Shown here piece after piece: positions 1-10,518 of a stretch of 64,000 nucleotides of DNA. Every line of letters begins with the position of its first letter. Positions within the stretch are counted from its first letter, which is position 1. Origin of the DNA: Candidatus Obscuribacterales bacterium. GTDB taxonomy: Bacteria > Cyanobacteriota > Vampirovibrionia > Obscuribacterales > Obscuribacteraceae. The notes under the pieces are model-generated. The model made no database searches. It saw nothing but the letters and a program-made list of their open reading frames with translations, and had not been told where the DNA came from. A program made the translations under genes and the position numbers. Where the stretch lies: NCBI GenBank assembly GCA_965228855.1, contig CBDDIJ010000002.1, positions 1,632,001 through 1,696,000 of the forward strand, written 5' to 3'.

Positions 1-50
1 GTTAAACTGAAACCCGCATCAAAAGAAGCGTTCACGGGTCGCGTTCAAGC

Positions 51-791
51 TTGAGATTGTCCGTCAAAATAGTTGGTGAGGCCACCGGAAAGGTCGATGT
101 TGTTCTAATTCATGGAACGGGATCGTCGTATGAAATGTGGAACCATCAGGCAGATATGCTTGCCCAGCACGGTTTCCGTTGCTTCCTGCTCAACTTGCGC
201 GGGCACGGCGATACTCATGAACCTGGCGAGCCTACCGATTTAGCAGTTCATGTCAATGATGTCCTTGAAACGCTGGAGCACGCGGGAATCCAATTTCCGG
301 CAGTTTTTCTAGGACATTCGCTGGGCTCGATTATCAGTTTGAATATCGCTCAGACTCGTCCCGAGTTGACTCACACCTTGCTCCTCGCGGCTCTCCCAGG
401 AAAGGTGTACGCGCCAGTGGCGGCGGTGTTTAAACTGTTTCTCAACGGACCCTTCGAGGCAATCAGGCGGCGAAAGTTCCACGAAAAAATGGCGTGGCGT
501 GAGCGCACGTTGTTTAACACGCCGATACACAGCCTCTCTCAAATCGTGGAGAATTTCCACAGTTTGGATCTGCTTGCTGAGGCGGTTTCTCTGGAATGCC
601 CGGTTCATCTGTCCGCCGGAAGGTTCGATCCGGTTGCTCCGATAGACCAGATAGTAAAAATGCATAAGACTATGCCAGGCTCGAGCCTGAAAATCTTTGA
701 TCTTGCCGGTCACAATTTCATGGACTATAACACGCATTCGTTCAATGACTGGATTCTAGAGAAGCTTGGCGAGGAGCCAAGTTCCAAGTAA
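51..791 (+). CDS. alpha/beta fold hydrolase
   Basis: HGTG oxyanion motif, GHSLG nucleophile elbow, D in GRFDP and H in AGHN. Confidence 0.9.
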   Translation: MRLSVKIVGEATGKVDVVLIHGTGSSYEMWNHQADMLAQHGFRCFLLNLRGHGDTHEPGEPTDLAVHVNDVLETLEHAGIQFPAVFLGHSLGSIISLNIAQTRPELTHTLLLAALPGKVYAPVAAVFKLFLNGPFEAIRRRKFHEKMAWRERTLFNTPIHSLSQIVENFHSLDLLAEAVSLECPVHLSAGRFDPVAPIDQIVKMHKTMPGSSLKIFDLAGHNFMDYNTHSFNDWILEKLGEEPSSK

Positions 792-797
792 ATCGGG

Positions 798-2930
798 TTA
801 TAAATTGAGAAGTCGTTTTGACCAGTTCCAGAAACCGGTCGGGTTATCCATTATCTGTTCGATTTTAAAATTCGGTGGGGGTGTTGATGTCGGAGAGGTT
901 GATGACGGGCGACTCTTCAGGAGTTGTTCCATCTCGTCGTCCATCTCCGGGTTCATTCCGCGCGGAGGAGGAATAGGGTTTGGTGATACCGGAGGCGGTG
1001 CCGGCGGATCCTTTACGACCTTGCCGAGGAGTGACGTATTGAAGAAAAGTTCTTTAGGAATCAGCACGTCCGGGCGGCGCATTTTTATAACTTCCTGCGA
1101 GTCTACCGGTGCTGTAATCATTCTTCTAATGCGTTGTCCACTGGCGAGAAACAACACTGCTTCGCCTGTGTCTTCTGAGAACATGAACGCCTCTCCATGT
1201 TTCAGCGACGACGTGCCGTTCTCTGCTAGATACCGCAGGCGCCTGGTCCATTCGTCCTCGACCATCGCCGGATTGCGCCTGGTGAGCGGCGGAAGTTTAG
1301 CCGTCGGCTGCTGCTGTTGTTGCTGCGGCGAAGTTGGTCTTGACGCGATCAAGCGTGAATCGGCTTTGTGAGCGTTGAGATAAAAAGGCGTACCGTCGTC
1401 ATCATTCGTGTGAATCAGAGTCGCTCGACTTGATGAGGAGGTAGCTGGAGATTTTCCGGTATGATCGTTTAAGTTGGCGCGGTCGATTCCAGCAACCCGT
1501 TCGGCCTTCGAACGTTTCGTCGGGGATTGTTCAGGCTCAATCACGGCGGGGCTCTCAATCAGGCTGTGAGCGGATCTCGAAGTGGGAGACGATTGATTCG
1601 ATTGAACAGAATGCGCATGAGCGACTGCCGTACTTCTGTCTTCTCGTGAATTGGAGGAACTGTGGGCGCGTGTCGATGCGGGTGATGACGTTGTTGAATC
1701 TACTCCCCAGCCGAAAGGTCTGTCGACGGTGTCCGAATCATCTATTACTCGTTTTCTTTCGTTTCTGGAATTGAGCACATCTAGCGTGTCAGCTGGGTTT
1801 CCATTGTATGCCAGCAAATTCTTTCTTGATCGCGGAAGTACATTCTCTTCGATTTTTTCGTCATCGGCTTGCGCACGAAATTCTTTCTTCAAATTCGAGG
1901 CGGGCTTGGGCTCAAGATCATCCGTATCTTCCTCATCGGCGTACACTACCCGGTTGTCTTCTGCTGCATCTGCTTTAAAAGTATCGGGCCACGAAAATAG
2001 TTTTGCAATCCAATTTTGACGTTGCTCTGAGTTTTTGTTTTTTGTTTTGTATTTGCGGGCGATTAACTCGCGGATCTTGCGCCTGTTAGCCGGTCGTCTT
2101 TTGCGCTTGCTTACTGCTGTCTTTGTCGTCTCTTTGCGGGTTTGCTCGCTGGTTTCGGTGGGTTCCTCATCGCTAGCTTCGGCTAGCTCGATTTCCTTTG
2201 CTTTCTCACGCACTGCCGGCAGTGGCAGTGCGGCGTGCAGCGACTGGAGAATCATCGGCGGAACTCCGTCCATCAGGTTGATGTCATTCGTCTCATCATC
2301 AGGCTTGATAGCGGTTTGTGATTTCTGCAGGTTGAGAGACTCACCCAGTTGCTCTACGGCGTCTGAAACTTTTCCTTGTTCCAGCTTTAACGTAGCCAGA
2401 AGCAATCGCGCTCGCGAATATTTTGGTCGTATTGCCAGTGCCTGTTCCAATCTGGAAACAGCCAGCTTGTGGAAGCCCTTTTCTCTGAAGATGAGGGCTT
2501 GTTCGTAATACGCATCGATGAGTTTTGGATCTTCACGAGTCGCTTTGAGGAATTCGATCAATGCTCTGCTGCTGTCGCCACTCTGGCGATACTGCATGCC
2601 TTTGTCGAAGTTGGCACGAGCCATGCGGGCGCGGCTCTTCGCAATCAACGCGGCAGATTCCGACGGAGGGTTGGGAATGGGATCGCCGTTGGGAAATGTA
2701 GTTTGTTGAACTAGATTGGGGCTGTTTTCACCTTTCGGCGAATAGATTGATGATGGCTCGTCGTTTGACTCTCCACCCACCTGGTCCTCACCTGTGGTAC
2801 CAGATCGGCTTGTATCATCATTCGTGTATGCCAATGGGAGAGCGCTGGCAGGGCTGTTTGCAATATCCGAGAGCAGTGACTGACACCTGGCTTCACCTGC
2901 ATTCAGAGAAGCCAGAAAGAGCAATGTCAA
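798..2930 (-). CDS. TPR-containing protein with long low-complexity linker; start uncertain
   Basis: 710-aa ORF with N-terminal hydrophobic stretch, about 3-4 TPR-like helix pairs (ANFDKGMQY..., AYYEQALIF..., ARLLLATL...) and a S/P/E-rich C-terminal half. Confidence 0.75.
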   Translation of the reverse strand: MTLLFLASLNAGEARCQSLLSDIANSPASALPLAYTNDDTSRSGTTGEDQVGGESNDEPSSIYSPKGENSPNLVQQTTFPNGDPIPNPPSESAALIAKSRARMARANFDKGMQYRQSGDSSRALIEFLKATREDPKLIDAYYEQALIFREKGFHKLAVSRLEQALAIRPKYSRARLLLATLKLEQGKVSDAVEQLGESLNLQKSQTAIKPDDETNDINLMDGVPPMILQSLHAALPLPAVREKAKEIELAEASDEEPTETSEQTRKETTKTAVSKRKRRPANRRKIRELIARKYKTKNKNSEQRQNWIAKLFSWPDTFKADAAEDNRVVYADEEDTDDLEPKPASNLKKEFRAQADDEKIEENVLPRSRKNLLAYNGNPADTLDVLNSRNERKRVIDDSDTVDRPFGWGVDSTTSSPASTRAHSSSNSREDRSTAVAHAHSVQSNQSSPTSRSAHSLIESPAVIEPEQSPTKRSKAERVAGIDRANLNDHTGKSPATSSSSRATLIHTNDDDGTPFYLNAHKADSRLIASRPTSPQQQQQQPTAKLPPLTRRNPAMVEDEWTRRLRYLAENGTSSLKHGEAFMFSEDTGEAVLFLASGQRIRRMITAPVDSQEVIKMRRPDVLIPKELFFNTSLLGKVVKDPPAPPPVSPNPIPPPRGMNPEMDDEMEQLLKSRPSSTSPTSTPPPNFKIEQIMDNPTGFWNWSKRLLNL

Positions 2931-3046
2931 AAGTTTTGTTCTGGTCAGACCCGGCCCCCGATCTAGCAGCGTCGACGACAGTCTCCGCGACGTTTATCAA
3001 CGTATCGTAAATGATCGTCAATTGCAAGCAGGCACCTTCTGCGGTG

Positions 3047-3529
3047 TCATCGCTTGATGAAAACGTGTTCCAGATTTCGGAAGAATGTCTTGATGGAGGG
3101 CTCGACGATGCACGCCAGTGGACGAACCAGCACCGTTCGCATGTCCGACAGGGCGCCACCCCATATATCTGTCAGGGGTCTGTCTCCCACCACCGCCACC
3201 TCCGCTGGTGGCAATTGCAAAGCGTCAAGAGCCTTTCTAAATCCGGCTTTCCATGGTTTTGCTGCGTAGCCGATCACAGGCATGCTCAACACGAGACTGG
3301 CGTTTTCGATATAGGCTTCACGCTTGTTATTGGTCAAGACGACCATTTGAAAACGCTCACGGGCTCTGACTAACCAGGCCTCTGTCACCGGATCTATGTT
3401 TCCGGATTTCGGTGCCATCAAAGTACTGTCCAGGTCGATAATCAGACCGCGTATACCGTCGTTGTATAACTGTTCGATATCGAGCAGGCTTATGTCACCA
3501 TTGACCGAGTAAGTTGGTTTTAAAAACAT
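3047..3529 (-). CDS. YqeG-family HAD-IIIA phosphatase
   Basis: DLDSTL motif I, LTNN motif II, AKP motif III, VGDRPLTDI motif IV. Confidence 0.9.
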   Translation of the reverse strand: MFLKPTYSVNGDISLLDIEQLYNDGIRGLIIDLDSTLMAPKSGNIDPVTEAWLVRARERFQMVVLTNNKREAYIENASLVLSMPVIGYAAKPWKAGFRKALDALQLPPAEVAVVGDRPLTDIWGGALSDMRTVLVRPLACIVEPSIKTFFRNLEHVFIKR

Positions 3530-3735
3530 TTGATCTGTTTCAGTCGCCTTTTAGTTTTCTCTTGCATACCCACAAAGTCCATTTAAAACGAGCTCCGCGA
3601 ATTCGCCAATGTTACGCGAAGATTTGTTGACACACACGAGGCGATCTTTGACGGCATCGACAGGTTACAATGGCAAATCCTGTTGCTTCAGGAAGATGAA
3701 GCGTACGGTTCCCCGCTGCGTGGCGATTTCAAGTA

Positions 3736-4491
3736 GTGAATCTAAAAGGCAAATCCAAACCGGGTCCAGAAACCAACGCCGTTGAGCCGGCAAAACTGCC
3801 GGTGTCGCATGTTGCTGTGATCATGGACGGCAATCGACGCTGGGCTAGCAAACATCACCTCCCGACTGTGGTGGGGCACAAGGAGGGCGTCAAGAGTCTC
3901 AAGCGCCTTGTAAAGCATGTCGGGGCTCTGAAGCTCAACTATCTCACCGTGTACGCCTTCTCCAGTGAAAACTGGCAGCGTAGCGAAGAAGAGGTCGGCT
4001 ATCTGATGCAGCTATTCACCGATGTTCTGGTTGATGAAGTCCAGGAGCTGGCGGAAAACAAAGTGCGTTTGCGCTTCATTGGTCAGAAGTCAACAATGCC
4101 GGACAAGCTGCGTGACAGGATGGAGGAGGCTTGCAGGGAGACTGAAAACAATTCGGGATTGAATTTGCAAGTGGCCATCAACTACGGTGCGCGTCAGGAA
4201 ATTACCGAAGCGGCCCGCGAAATTGCAATTTTGGTTCGGGACGGAAAGATCGATGTCGCTCAAATTGACGAAGCGCTTCTCTCTCAGCATCTCTATACCG
4301 CTGAGATACCTGATCCTGAGCTGCTGATTCGTACCGGTGGCGAAATGAGAATGTCGAACTATTTGCTGTGGCAATCGGCATACACTGAGTTCTACGTAAC
4401 GCCGGCGCTCTGGCCCGAATTTCAGCCCAGGCACTTCGATGAGGCGATGCGCGAATTCGCTCGCCGAGAGAGGCGATGGGGCGGCGACTGA
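3736..4491 (+). CDS. uppS: undecaprenyl/polyprenyl diphosphate synthase
   Basis: HVAVIMDGNRRWA, YAFSSENW and IRTGGEMRMSNYLLWQ motifs. Confidence 0.95.
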   Translation: MNLKGKSKPGPETNAVEPAKLPVSHVAVIMDGNRRWASKHHLPTVVGHKEGVKSLKRLVKHVGALKLNYLTVYAFSSENWQRSEEEVGYLMQLFTDVLVDEVQELAENKVRLRFIGQKSTMPDKLRDRMEEACRETENNSGLNLQVAINYGARQEITEAAREIAILVRDGKIDVAQIDEALLSQHLYTAEIPDPELLIRTGGEMRMSNYLLWQSAYTEFYVTPALWPEFQPRHFDEAMREFARRERRWGGD

Positions 4492-4529
4492 GTCGCGGTT
4501 CTTTAGCCCGGTTCGAGAACCTTCGCTGA

Positions 4530-4916
4530 TCAATCGTCTAGTGCCGGCATCCACCGTTCTATAACTATTTTCAGTCTGCCTATTTCCACTGGTTTAAACA
4601 GGAAGTCGTTCATTCCAGCGGCGAAACACTTCTCTTTATCAGGGTTCGCTGTGATTGCTATGACAGGCGTATATGTCGATAAACCAAGGCTTGTCTCATT
4701 TTTGCGAATAAGCTCTGTTGCTTCCAGACCATCCATTACAGGCATTTGTACGTCCATCAGGATGACGTCGTATTTCTTTTCCATGGCTTTTCTGACGGCT
4801 TCGGTCCCATCGTTTGCAAAATCACAATCGTAGCCGAGCGATACCAACTGGCGCTTGGCCAGGTAGCGTAAGGCGGCGTCGTCCTCTGCGACGAGAATAA
4901 GCCTACTGGTCGACAT
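4530..4916 (-). CDS. single-domain response regulator (CheY-like receiver)
   Basis: VAEDD, ILMDVQMPVMDG, ITA and FLFKP receiver motifs. Confidence 0.93.
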   Translation of the reverse strand: MSTSRLILVAEDDAALRYLAKRQLVSLGYDCDFANDGTEAVRKAMEKKYDVILMDVQMPVMDGLEATELIRKNETSLGLSTYTPVIAITANPDKEKCFAAGMNDFLFKPVEIGRLKIVIERWMPALDD

Positions 4917-6306
4917 CCGGCTTCACCTGCATCGGAACGCTAAACCAGAATGTCGAGCCTTCGCCTTCGATGCTTTCGACTCCGATGGAACCTTTCATAA
5001 GTTCTACCAGGCGCTTTGATAATGCCAATCCGAGTCCTGTACCGCCGTGGCGTCGCGTCATGCTGCCGTCAACCTGTACGAATAAATTGAATAAACGTTT
5101 CTGATTTTCATCAGAGATTCCCGGACCCTGGTCTTGTACTGAGAAGCGGACGTAGGCGGTATTCTCATCGCGATTTTGCACGGTTGCTTCCACGCTGACC
5201 GTGCCGTCATCGGAAAATTTGATGGCGTTGTGCACCAGATTGTTCAGAACCTGTCTGATTCGACTGGCCGCTCCGTAAACCACGCTGTCGAGATTGCTGT
5301 CAATTTTTTGCTCAAGGTTAATCCCCTTCTGAGCGGCCGAAGCACTGAACGAATCCAAAACTCCATTCACCATCGCATCGACGCGAAAGTCCTCTTCGCA
5401 GATCTCCAGTTTTCCGGCTTCCAATCTCGACATGTCCAGGAGGTCATTTACCAAGTTCATCAGGGTCTTGGCCGATTTGAAAATGAAGTTCGCGGTTTCG
5501 TTTTCCTGGCCTTTGGTCTCGGCGACAAGAAGCTCGCTCAGTCCGAGTATTCCGGACATGGGTGTTCTTATTTCGTGGCTGATGTTTGTGATAAATTGAG
5601 ATTTTAGTTCGTTGGCGGCAACCGCCTCATCGCGTGCAGCCGCTAGCTCAGCTGTTCGGCGGGCGACGCGTTCTTCCAGCGAGTTGTTTAAACTGCGAAC
5701 TTCGGCGTACAGGCTCTCGAGTTGCTTATTCTTGTCGATGAACTCAGCGTTCATCTCGGCGAGTTTTGTCTGGCTTTTGGAAAGCTGATCGAGCGCGACC
5801 AATAGCTCCTGGTTCTGTTGATAGACCTCGTCGAGCGGATTGGTGGCGGCCAGTTTGGCCAGCGAGTTGGCGAGTTCATCGATTTCTGCACCGGAAAAGG
5901 GAATGACGCGGCCAATCAGATTTTTCTCAAGAGTCACATTGGTTCCGGTTGGAGAGGAGTCAATCGACATTGAATCGACCAACTTTTTTGCCCCCCGAAG
6001 TCCCATGTGTTCATCGCTGAGAGAGAGAGCCGCTTCGGGCATGCCTGGTCCCTTGTCACGGATGACGATGACGAATTTGATTGGTTGTTTACTATCGTCT
6101 ATGAAGAAGTCTACGAAACCTCCCTGGGCGTGGACCTGTGCGTTTCGGGCAATTTCACTCACAGCCGTCGAGATTCTAGTCTGGTCCCCGGCGCCGTAGC
6201 CTATTAGGAGCGCAATCTGACGGGCGCGACGCCGTACCATCAAGATGTCACTCTCAAGCTTTACAGGCAACGTCAACAACATTTTGGGTTTTTCGTTTGC
6301 GCTCAT
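4903..6306 (-). CDS. histidine kinase with N-terminal RsbT-like ATPase-fold domain
   Basis: N-terminal SEIARNA...RDKGPG; coiled coil; H-box ISHEIRTPM; N-box NLVHNAIKF; G1 DQGPG; G2 GGTGLGL. Confidence 0.92.
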   Translation of the reverse strand: MSANEKPKMLLTLPVKLESDILMVRRRARQIALLIGYGAGDQTRISTAVSEIARNAQVHAQGGFVDFFIDDSKQPIKFVIVIRDKGPGMPEAALSLSDEHMGLRGAKKLVDSMSIDSSPTGTNVTLEKNLIGRVIPFSGAEIDELANSLAKLAATNPLDEVYQQNQELLVALDQLSKSQTKLAEMNAEFIDKNKQLESLYAEVRSLNNSLEERVARRTAELAAARDEAVAANELKSQFITNISHEIRTPMSGILGLSELLVAETKGQENETANFIFKSAKTLMNLVNDLLDMSRLEAGKLEICEEDFRVDAMVNGVLDSFSASAAQKGINLEQKIDSNLDSVVYGAASRIRQVLNNLVHNAIKFSDDGTVSVEATVQNRDENTAYVRFSVQDQGPGISDENQKRLFNLFVQVDGSMTRRHGGTGLGLALSKRLVELMKGSIGVESIEGEGSTFWFSVPMQVKPDVDQ

Positions 6307-7313
6307 TTACTCCTCGATTGTTTGATCGCCAGGACTGTTTCATCATCCACGCTCTTCGCATGCAGCATATAGAGCCACCCTGCGATGATCTGAGCCGGCT
6401 TCTCGGCCACATCGTCCAGTGATTGGAAAGTCTTTGAATCCAAGCCGTCGGAATGCATCACCAGGACTGAATTCGGCGTCCATGGGATAGAAAGCTGATT
6501 GATCTTCCGACCTTCGTAGCCGAGCGTGCCATTCATGGAGATCAAATGTTTTCTTTGACCGCTCGCGAAAACCACGCCAGCGATATTTCCCAGACCACAG
6601 TAGTCAACGATTCCCTTGTTGAAATCGATTCGCGCAACCGCTCCGACAGCGCCTCTTGAGCCTCGCAATGACATGTGCATTATTTTGATTACTTCGGCAG
6701 GTGGTGCGTCGAGATTCTCGAGAAATCTTTTTCGGGCTAACTTTGCCGCGTCACTGGCTTCTACACCGTGACCGAGTCCATCCACAACCATGCAATAGAG
6801 ATGTTTATCAGTTCGCTCAATCGCCCATTTGTCGCCGGAAAGCTCTTCGCCGCGCTTGGGGACGGTAAACGCTCCGAAATCAAAGTCCGCAGTTGCTGCG
6901 GGCGAGGGCGAATTCCAGGTCCTGGTTTGAATCACTGTACCAACATCGAGCATGGAGAAAAAATTTGCTTCATCGGATAATCGCTTGATCGCACCAAGTC
7001 CGGTACCAAACGAACCGGCGGTCGACACCCCGTCTTTCACGCATTCGTCTATGTTCATACCGCGTCCGGAATCCACCGCATAGAGTTCGACTCCGACCGT
7101 GTCGCTCTGTGTCAAACTCTGCACAATCAGCCTGCCACCAGACTTAGTGTGTTTTAAAAGATTGGTACCGAATTCAGTGCAGGTAATGGACAGCTGGTCG
7201 GTTTTCTTATCGGAAAGTCCGCTGAGCCTTGCGAATTTAGCGATATTTCGACGTGCGTCGGAAATCTGGCTTTCTTCTGTTATCTCGAAGAGTAACGCGT
7301 CAATCACTTCCAT
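6303..7313 (-). CDS. RsbX-like HATPase plus SpoIIE/PP2C phosphatase fusion
   Basis: N-terminal TEFGTNL...DSGRG...GTGLG; C-terminal SGD, VDGLGHG, HSDGL and DDET PP2C motifs. Confidence 0.88.
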   Translation of the reverse strand: MEVIDALLFEITEESQISDARRNIAKFARLSGLSDKKTDQLSITCTEFGTNLLKHTKSGGRLIVQSLTQSDTVGVELYAVDSGRGMNIDECVKDGVSTAGSFGTGLGAIKRLSDEANFFSMLDVGTVIQTRTWNSPSPAATADFDFGAFTVPKRGEELSGDKWAIERTDKHLYCMVVDGLGHGVEASDAAKLARKRFLENLDAPPAEVIKIMHMSLRGSRGAVGAVARIDFNKGIVDYCGLGNIAGVVFASGQRKHLISMNGTLGYEGRKINQLSIPWTPNSVLVMHSDGLDSKTFQSLDDVAEKPAQIIAGWLYMLHAKSVDDETVLAIKQSRSK

Positions 7314-7729
7314 TTTGTCACGCTCACCGTTGTTCCTCGCCCCGGCTCTGACGTCAGTTCGAACTCGTCCATCAGTCTTTTCGAGCCGGTAAGTCCAAGA
7401 CCCAAACCGTTTTTTGATGTATATCCATCAGTAAGGGCCAGGTCCACGTTCTCAATCCCTGGACCGGAATCTCTGAACGTCATGCGTAACCCCATGTTCC
7501 CGTAATTTTGAACGCGCTCGATGCGGACGTCGCCGCCCATCCCGTGCTCGATAACATTCCTGCCGAGTTCGCTGGCTGCCGTGATGATTTTCGTCTGATT
7601 CATAGTCGAGAATGCCAGATCTGCTGCGTGAAGCTTGATAGCCTGGCGGGCATGCATGAGATCTTCTTCGGTATGCAACGGACAAACCTGTAGCAAGTCA
7701 CCTTCAATGATTATTGTCTCTCTTGCCAC
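7304..7729 (-). CDS. rsbT: RsbT-like anti-sigma Ser/Thr kinase (copy 2)
   Basis: TAASELGRNV, FRDSGPGI, DGYTSKNGLGLGLTGSKRLMDEF, ends KWK. Confidence 0.9.
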   Translation of the reverse strand: MARETIIIEGDLLQVCPLHTEEDLMHARQAIKLHAADLAFSTMNQTKIITAASELGRNVIEHGMGGDVRIERVQNYGNMGLRMTFRDSGPGIENVDLALTDGYTSKNGLGLGLTGSKRLMDEFELTSEPGRGTTVSVTKWK

Positions 7730-8127
7730 TTTGTTACCGATACTCTTGTTCCGCTTCCGATCAGGGATTCTACTTCGAATTCGTCCATCAACCGTTTTGC
7801 GCCTCCCAGGCCAAGACCCATACCCGTGCCAGTCGTGAAACCATCCTCTAAAGCGCGGTCTATATCCTCGATTCCCGGGCCCTTGTCCTCGAACACCAGC
7901 CTCAGGCCGACTCTGCCGGTGCCGTCGTCTATTATCTGAATTAGCGCGCGCCCGCCCTTTCCATGCTCGAGGGTGTTGCGCGCCAGTTCGCTTGCCGAAG
8001 TGATTATCTTTGTCTGGTTGATCAGGCTGAAGTTGAGGAGGGCGACAACTCGTTTAACAGAGCTGCGCACGGTACCGATGTCATCTTCTACCGAAATCGG
8101 ACGATCTTCCTGCGATTTTACGACCAT
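7711..8127 (-). CDS. rsbT: RsbT-like anti-sigma Ser/Thr kinase (copy 1)
   Basis: TSASELARNT, FEDKGPGI, DGFTTGTGMGLGLGGAKRLMDEF. Confidence 0.9.
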   Translation of the reverse strand: MVVKSQEDRPISVEDDIGTVRSSVKRVVALLNFSLINQTKIITSASELARNTLEHGKGGRALIQIIDDGTGRVGLRLVFEDKGPGIEDIDRALEDGFTTGTGMGLGLGGAKRLMDEFEVESLIGSGTRVSVTKWQERQ

Positions 8128-8509
8128 TGGCGGTTCGACCCCTGATTGATTTTGCTTTGATTAATCGCTCCAGAAGAGCCATTCCTTCTTCTGCGTGGAG
8201 AGCCGTGTGAATACCTTGTAGTGCAATTCCAAGTTCTGTGATGGTGATGGCGATAGCCGGCTGCATGCCGACCAGAACGGTTTCACAGTCGAGAAGCCGG
8301 GAGGCTTTAGCTATGTTGCCGAGCACGCGCCCCATGAATGAGTCGACCATCTCAAGTGCTGAGATATCAATTAGTACTCCCTTAGCACCAGCCGACAGAA
8401 TTTTTTCGGTCAGGTCTTCCTGAAGAGCCAGAGCGACTCGGTCGTGGAAATCCACCTGGATAGTGACCAGGAGCTTGTCTCCCAGTTTCAAAATGGGAAT
8501 TCGATCCAC
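8081..8509 (-). CDS. rsbS: RsbS STAS-domain stressosome protein
   Basis: RIPILKLG, GVLIDIS, MVDSF phospho-Ser motif, GMQPAIAITI. Confidence 0.92.
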   Translation of the reverse strand: MDRIPILKLGDKLLVTIQVDFHDRVALALQEDLTEKILSAGAKGVLIDISALEMVDSFMGRVLGNIAKASRLLDCETVLVGMQPAIAITITELGIALQGIHTALHAEEGMALLERLIKAKSIRGRTANGRKIAGRSSDFGRR

Positions 8510-8514
8510 TATGG

Positions 8515-9390
8515 CTATCTCCCCTCGTCTTTAGCTTCGGTTTCTCTGTAACTGTACCAACCGACTCTCGCCATCGCCTCACGCAAGGCGTCTTCCATTG
8601 TGGCTCTAGTGACGATGTCTTGGATGTCTATCCCGAGATGCACAATTGTTTGAGCGATTTGAGGTCGGATACCGCTGATAATGCATTCGGCGCCCATTAA
8701 CCTGGTTGCAGAAACGGTTTTGATCAGATGCTGGGCTGTTTGTGTATCGACGGTCGGCACACCTGTTATGTCGAGAATGGCAATTTTGGCGCCGATGTCC
8801 ACGATCTTCTGAAGCAGATTCTCCATCACTATTTGCGTTCTGGCGCTGTCTAATGTCCCGATTAGTGGGACGGCGACGATGCCTTCCCACATCTTGATGA
8901 CAGGTGTAGACATCTCGAGGATGTCCTTCTGCTGCCTGCGAATAATGTCTTCGCGAGTCTTTTGAAACGCTTCAACTGTCAACATTGCAAGAGAGTCGAC
9001 TAGAGCTGAAATAGTCCAGATTGTTTTGGCAAAATTCGGGTCATTGGCTAATTCGGCTTCAAGCTGCTGGAACAGAGGTTGTTTGAACGACAGGACAAAA
9101 GATGCTGTCTCAGACGGTGAGGAGCCCTGGCGTGCTCTGGAGGCGGAGATCTCGGAAAGTAGCGATTTGACCGCATTCCATTCAGGCGTCGCCAGGTCTT
9201 CGATGTTTCCGTCTTTCGCAGCTGCTTGAAACAGCTTGAAAAATTCGTTGGAGCTGCTGGTCAGGGAGCTGTCTGAAATTGCTTGCGAACGGTTTTTATT
9301 CGCGAGTTGCAGACTAACCCAATTCTCAATGATGTCAGCCGATGATTTGCTCAAAATCGAGGCAATCGGAGTGAGTGTGTCTTTAGCCAT
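8515..9390 (-). CDS. rsbR: RsbR stressosome sensor (RsbRD_N-like helical domain plus STAS)
   Basis: EMSTPVI, PLIGTLDSAR and DITGVPTVDT motifs; GGAGG RBS upstream on the minus strand. Confidence 0.92.
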   Translation of the reverse strand: MAKDTLTPIASILSKSSADIIENWVSLQLANKNRSQAISDSSLTSSSNEFFKLFQAAAKDGNIEDLATPEWNAVKSLLSEISASRARQGSSPSETASFVLSFKQPLFQQLEAELANDPNFAKTIWTISALVDSLAMLTVEAFQKTREDIIRRQQKDILEMSTPVIKMWEGIVAVPLIGTLDSARTQIVMENLLQKIVDIGAKIAILDITGVPTVDTQTAQHLIKTVSATRLMGAECIISGIRPQIAQTIVHLGIDIQDIVTRATMEDALREAMARVGWYSYRETEAKDEGR

Positions 9391-10020
9391 TAAAACCTCC
9401 GCTCAAGCGGTTGAAAAAGTCGACGCGTAGGGCCAAAGCATAGTTGGTTTTGGATCATTTTGGGGTCATTTCTCCTGATCTTTTTACGGTTCTGATTTGA
9501 ATTAACCCGCGGTTCTCAAGCGAGTCGGCTGTTTTTTCCAGGGGGTGTATTGGGCTTAGACCCGCTGGATTAGCGCCTCAAGTAGTAACACGCTGATTCC
9601 TCAGGTTGTATCCTTTTAGACACTGCACGCAGGAGTGCGAATTTGTTTACTGTAAAGAGAATTGGCTTAACCTGGAAACCGAGATTCTGACCGTACTTTT
9701 CCTTTTGTCTGAAACTGGTATTGAATGTGGTGTCATGTGAATTTTCTGAATACGAGGAGGAGCGGTTTTCAAAATGCGTTCCTCGACCCGTGTGTCTGAC
9801 CGCAACATTATTAGCCGGTCGAAACGTCGTGCCATTCGAGAACCGTGGCTTTTGACCACAACGTGGTACAAAGTACCCAGCATAAGGTTACGCACCCTTC
9901 AAACCGAGACGAAATCCTCCGGAAGGATTGCAGGTCGGGAACGTGAGCGATAGATTGACGTCATCAATTAAGTATGAGCCCCAAGAAGGAGTCTCCGGGA
10001 AGCTAGCGAGCTTCTCGTTG

Positions 10021-10518
10021 ATGGTCATGAAAACATTGCCCGCTTTGGTTTTAGCCTCCAGCACAATCGTGATTGCCTTCGCCGGTCACTGCCAGACCAG
10101 CACGAAGACTGCCGCCAAGCCTCAAGACAACGCATCGGCAGCGCAAAAAAACACAGGCGCTCCTAAAGACTCCGCGACTGCCTTCGGTTCTCACCTGGAG
10201 CCAATTTTAAAGACGGTCAGCGCTTCGGAAGAGCAGCGCAAGTCGATTACAGCAATCGTCGACGATTTCAGGGCGCGTATAGTACCGCTCAGGCAGAAGC
10301 ATGACGAACTCCGCGATCAGTTTTTAAAGTCTCTTACATCCGGTCAGCCGGGTGAAGTTGTTCTCTCCAATCAGGCAGAATTCATTCGCGCTCAAGCAGA
10401 TTTGAATGCGCAGTATCTAGCGTTGCGCTTGAAGATTTCTCAAATTTTGACTGAAGAACAGAATAATAAGTTCAGCGAGTATCGTAAGAAGCAAGGTTGG
10501 AAAACTGCCGAGAAATAA
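10021..10518 (+). CDS. secreted Spy/CpxP-like helical protein
   Basis: signal-peptide-like N-terminus from the ATG at 10021/10027; ASEEQR and ILTEEQ LTxxQ-type motifs. Confidence 0.7.
   Translation: MVMKTLPALVLASSTIVIAFAGHCQTSTKTAAKPQDNASAAQKNTGAPKDSATAFGSHLEPILKTVSASEEQRKSITAIVDDFRARIVPLRQKHDELRDQFLKSLTSGQPGEVVLSNQAEFIRAQADLNAQYLALRLKISQILTEEQNNKFSEYRKKQGWKTAEK

Noticed and set aside
9391..10020. 82-aa ORF at 9647-9895 and the upstream extension of the Spy-like ORF to 9928
   Set aside because: No motifs or convincing RBS; more likely a divergent promoter region
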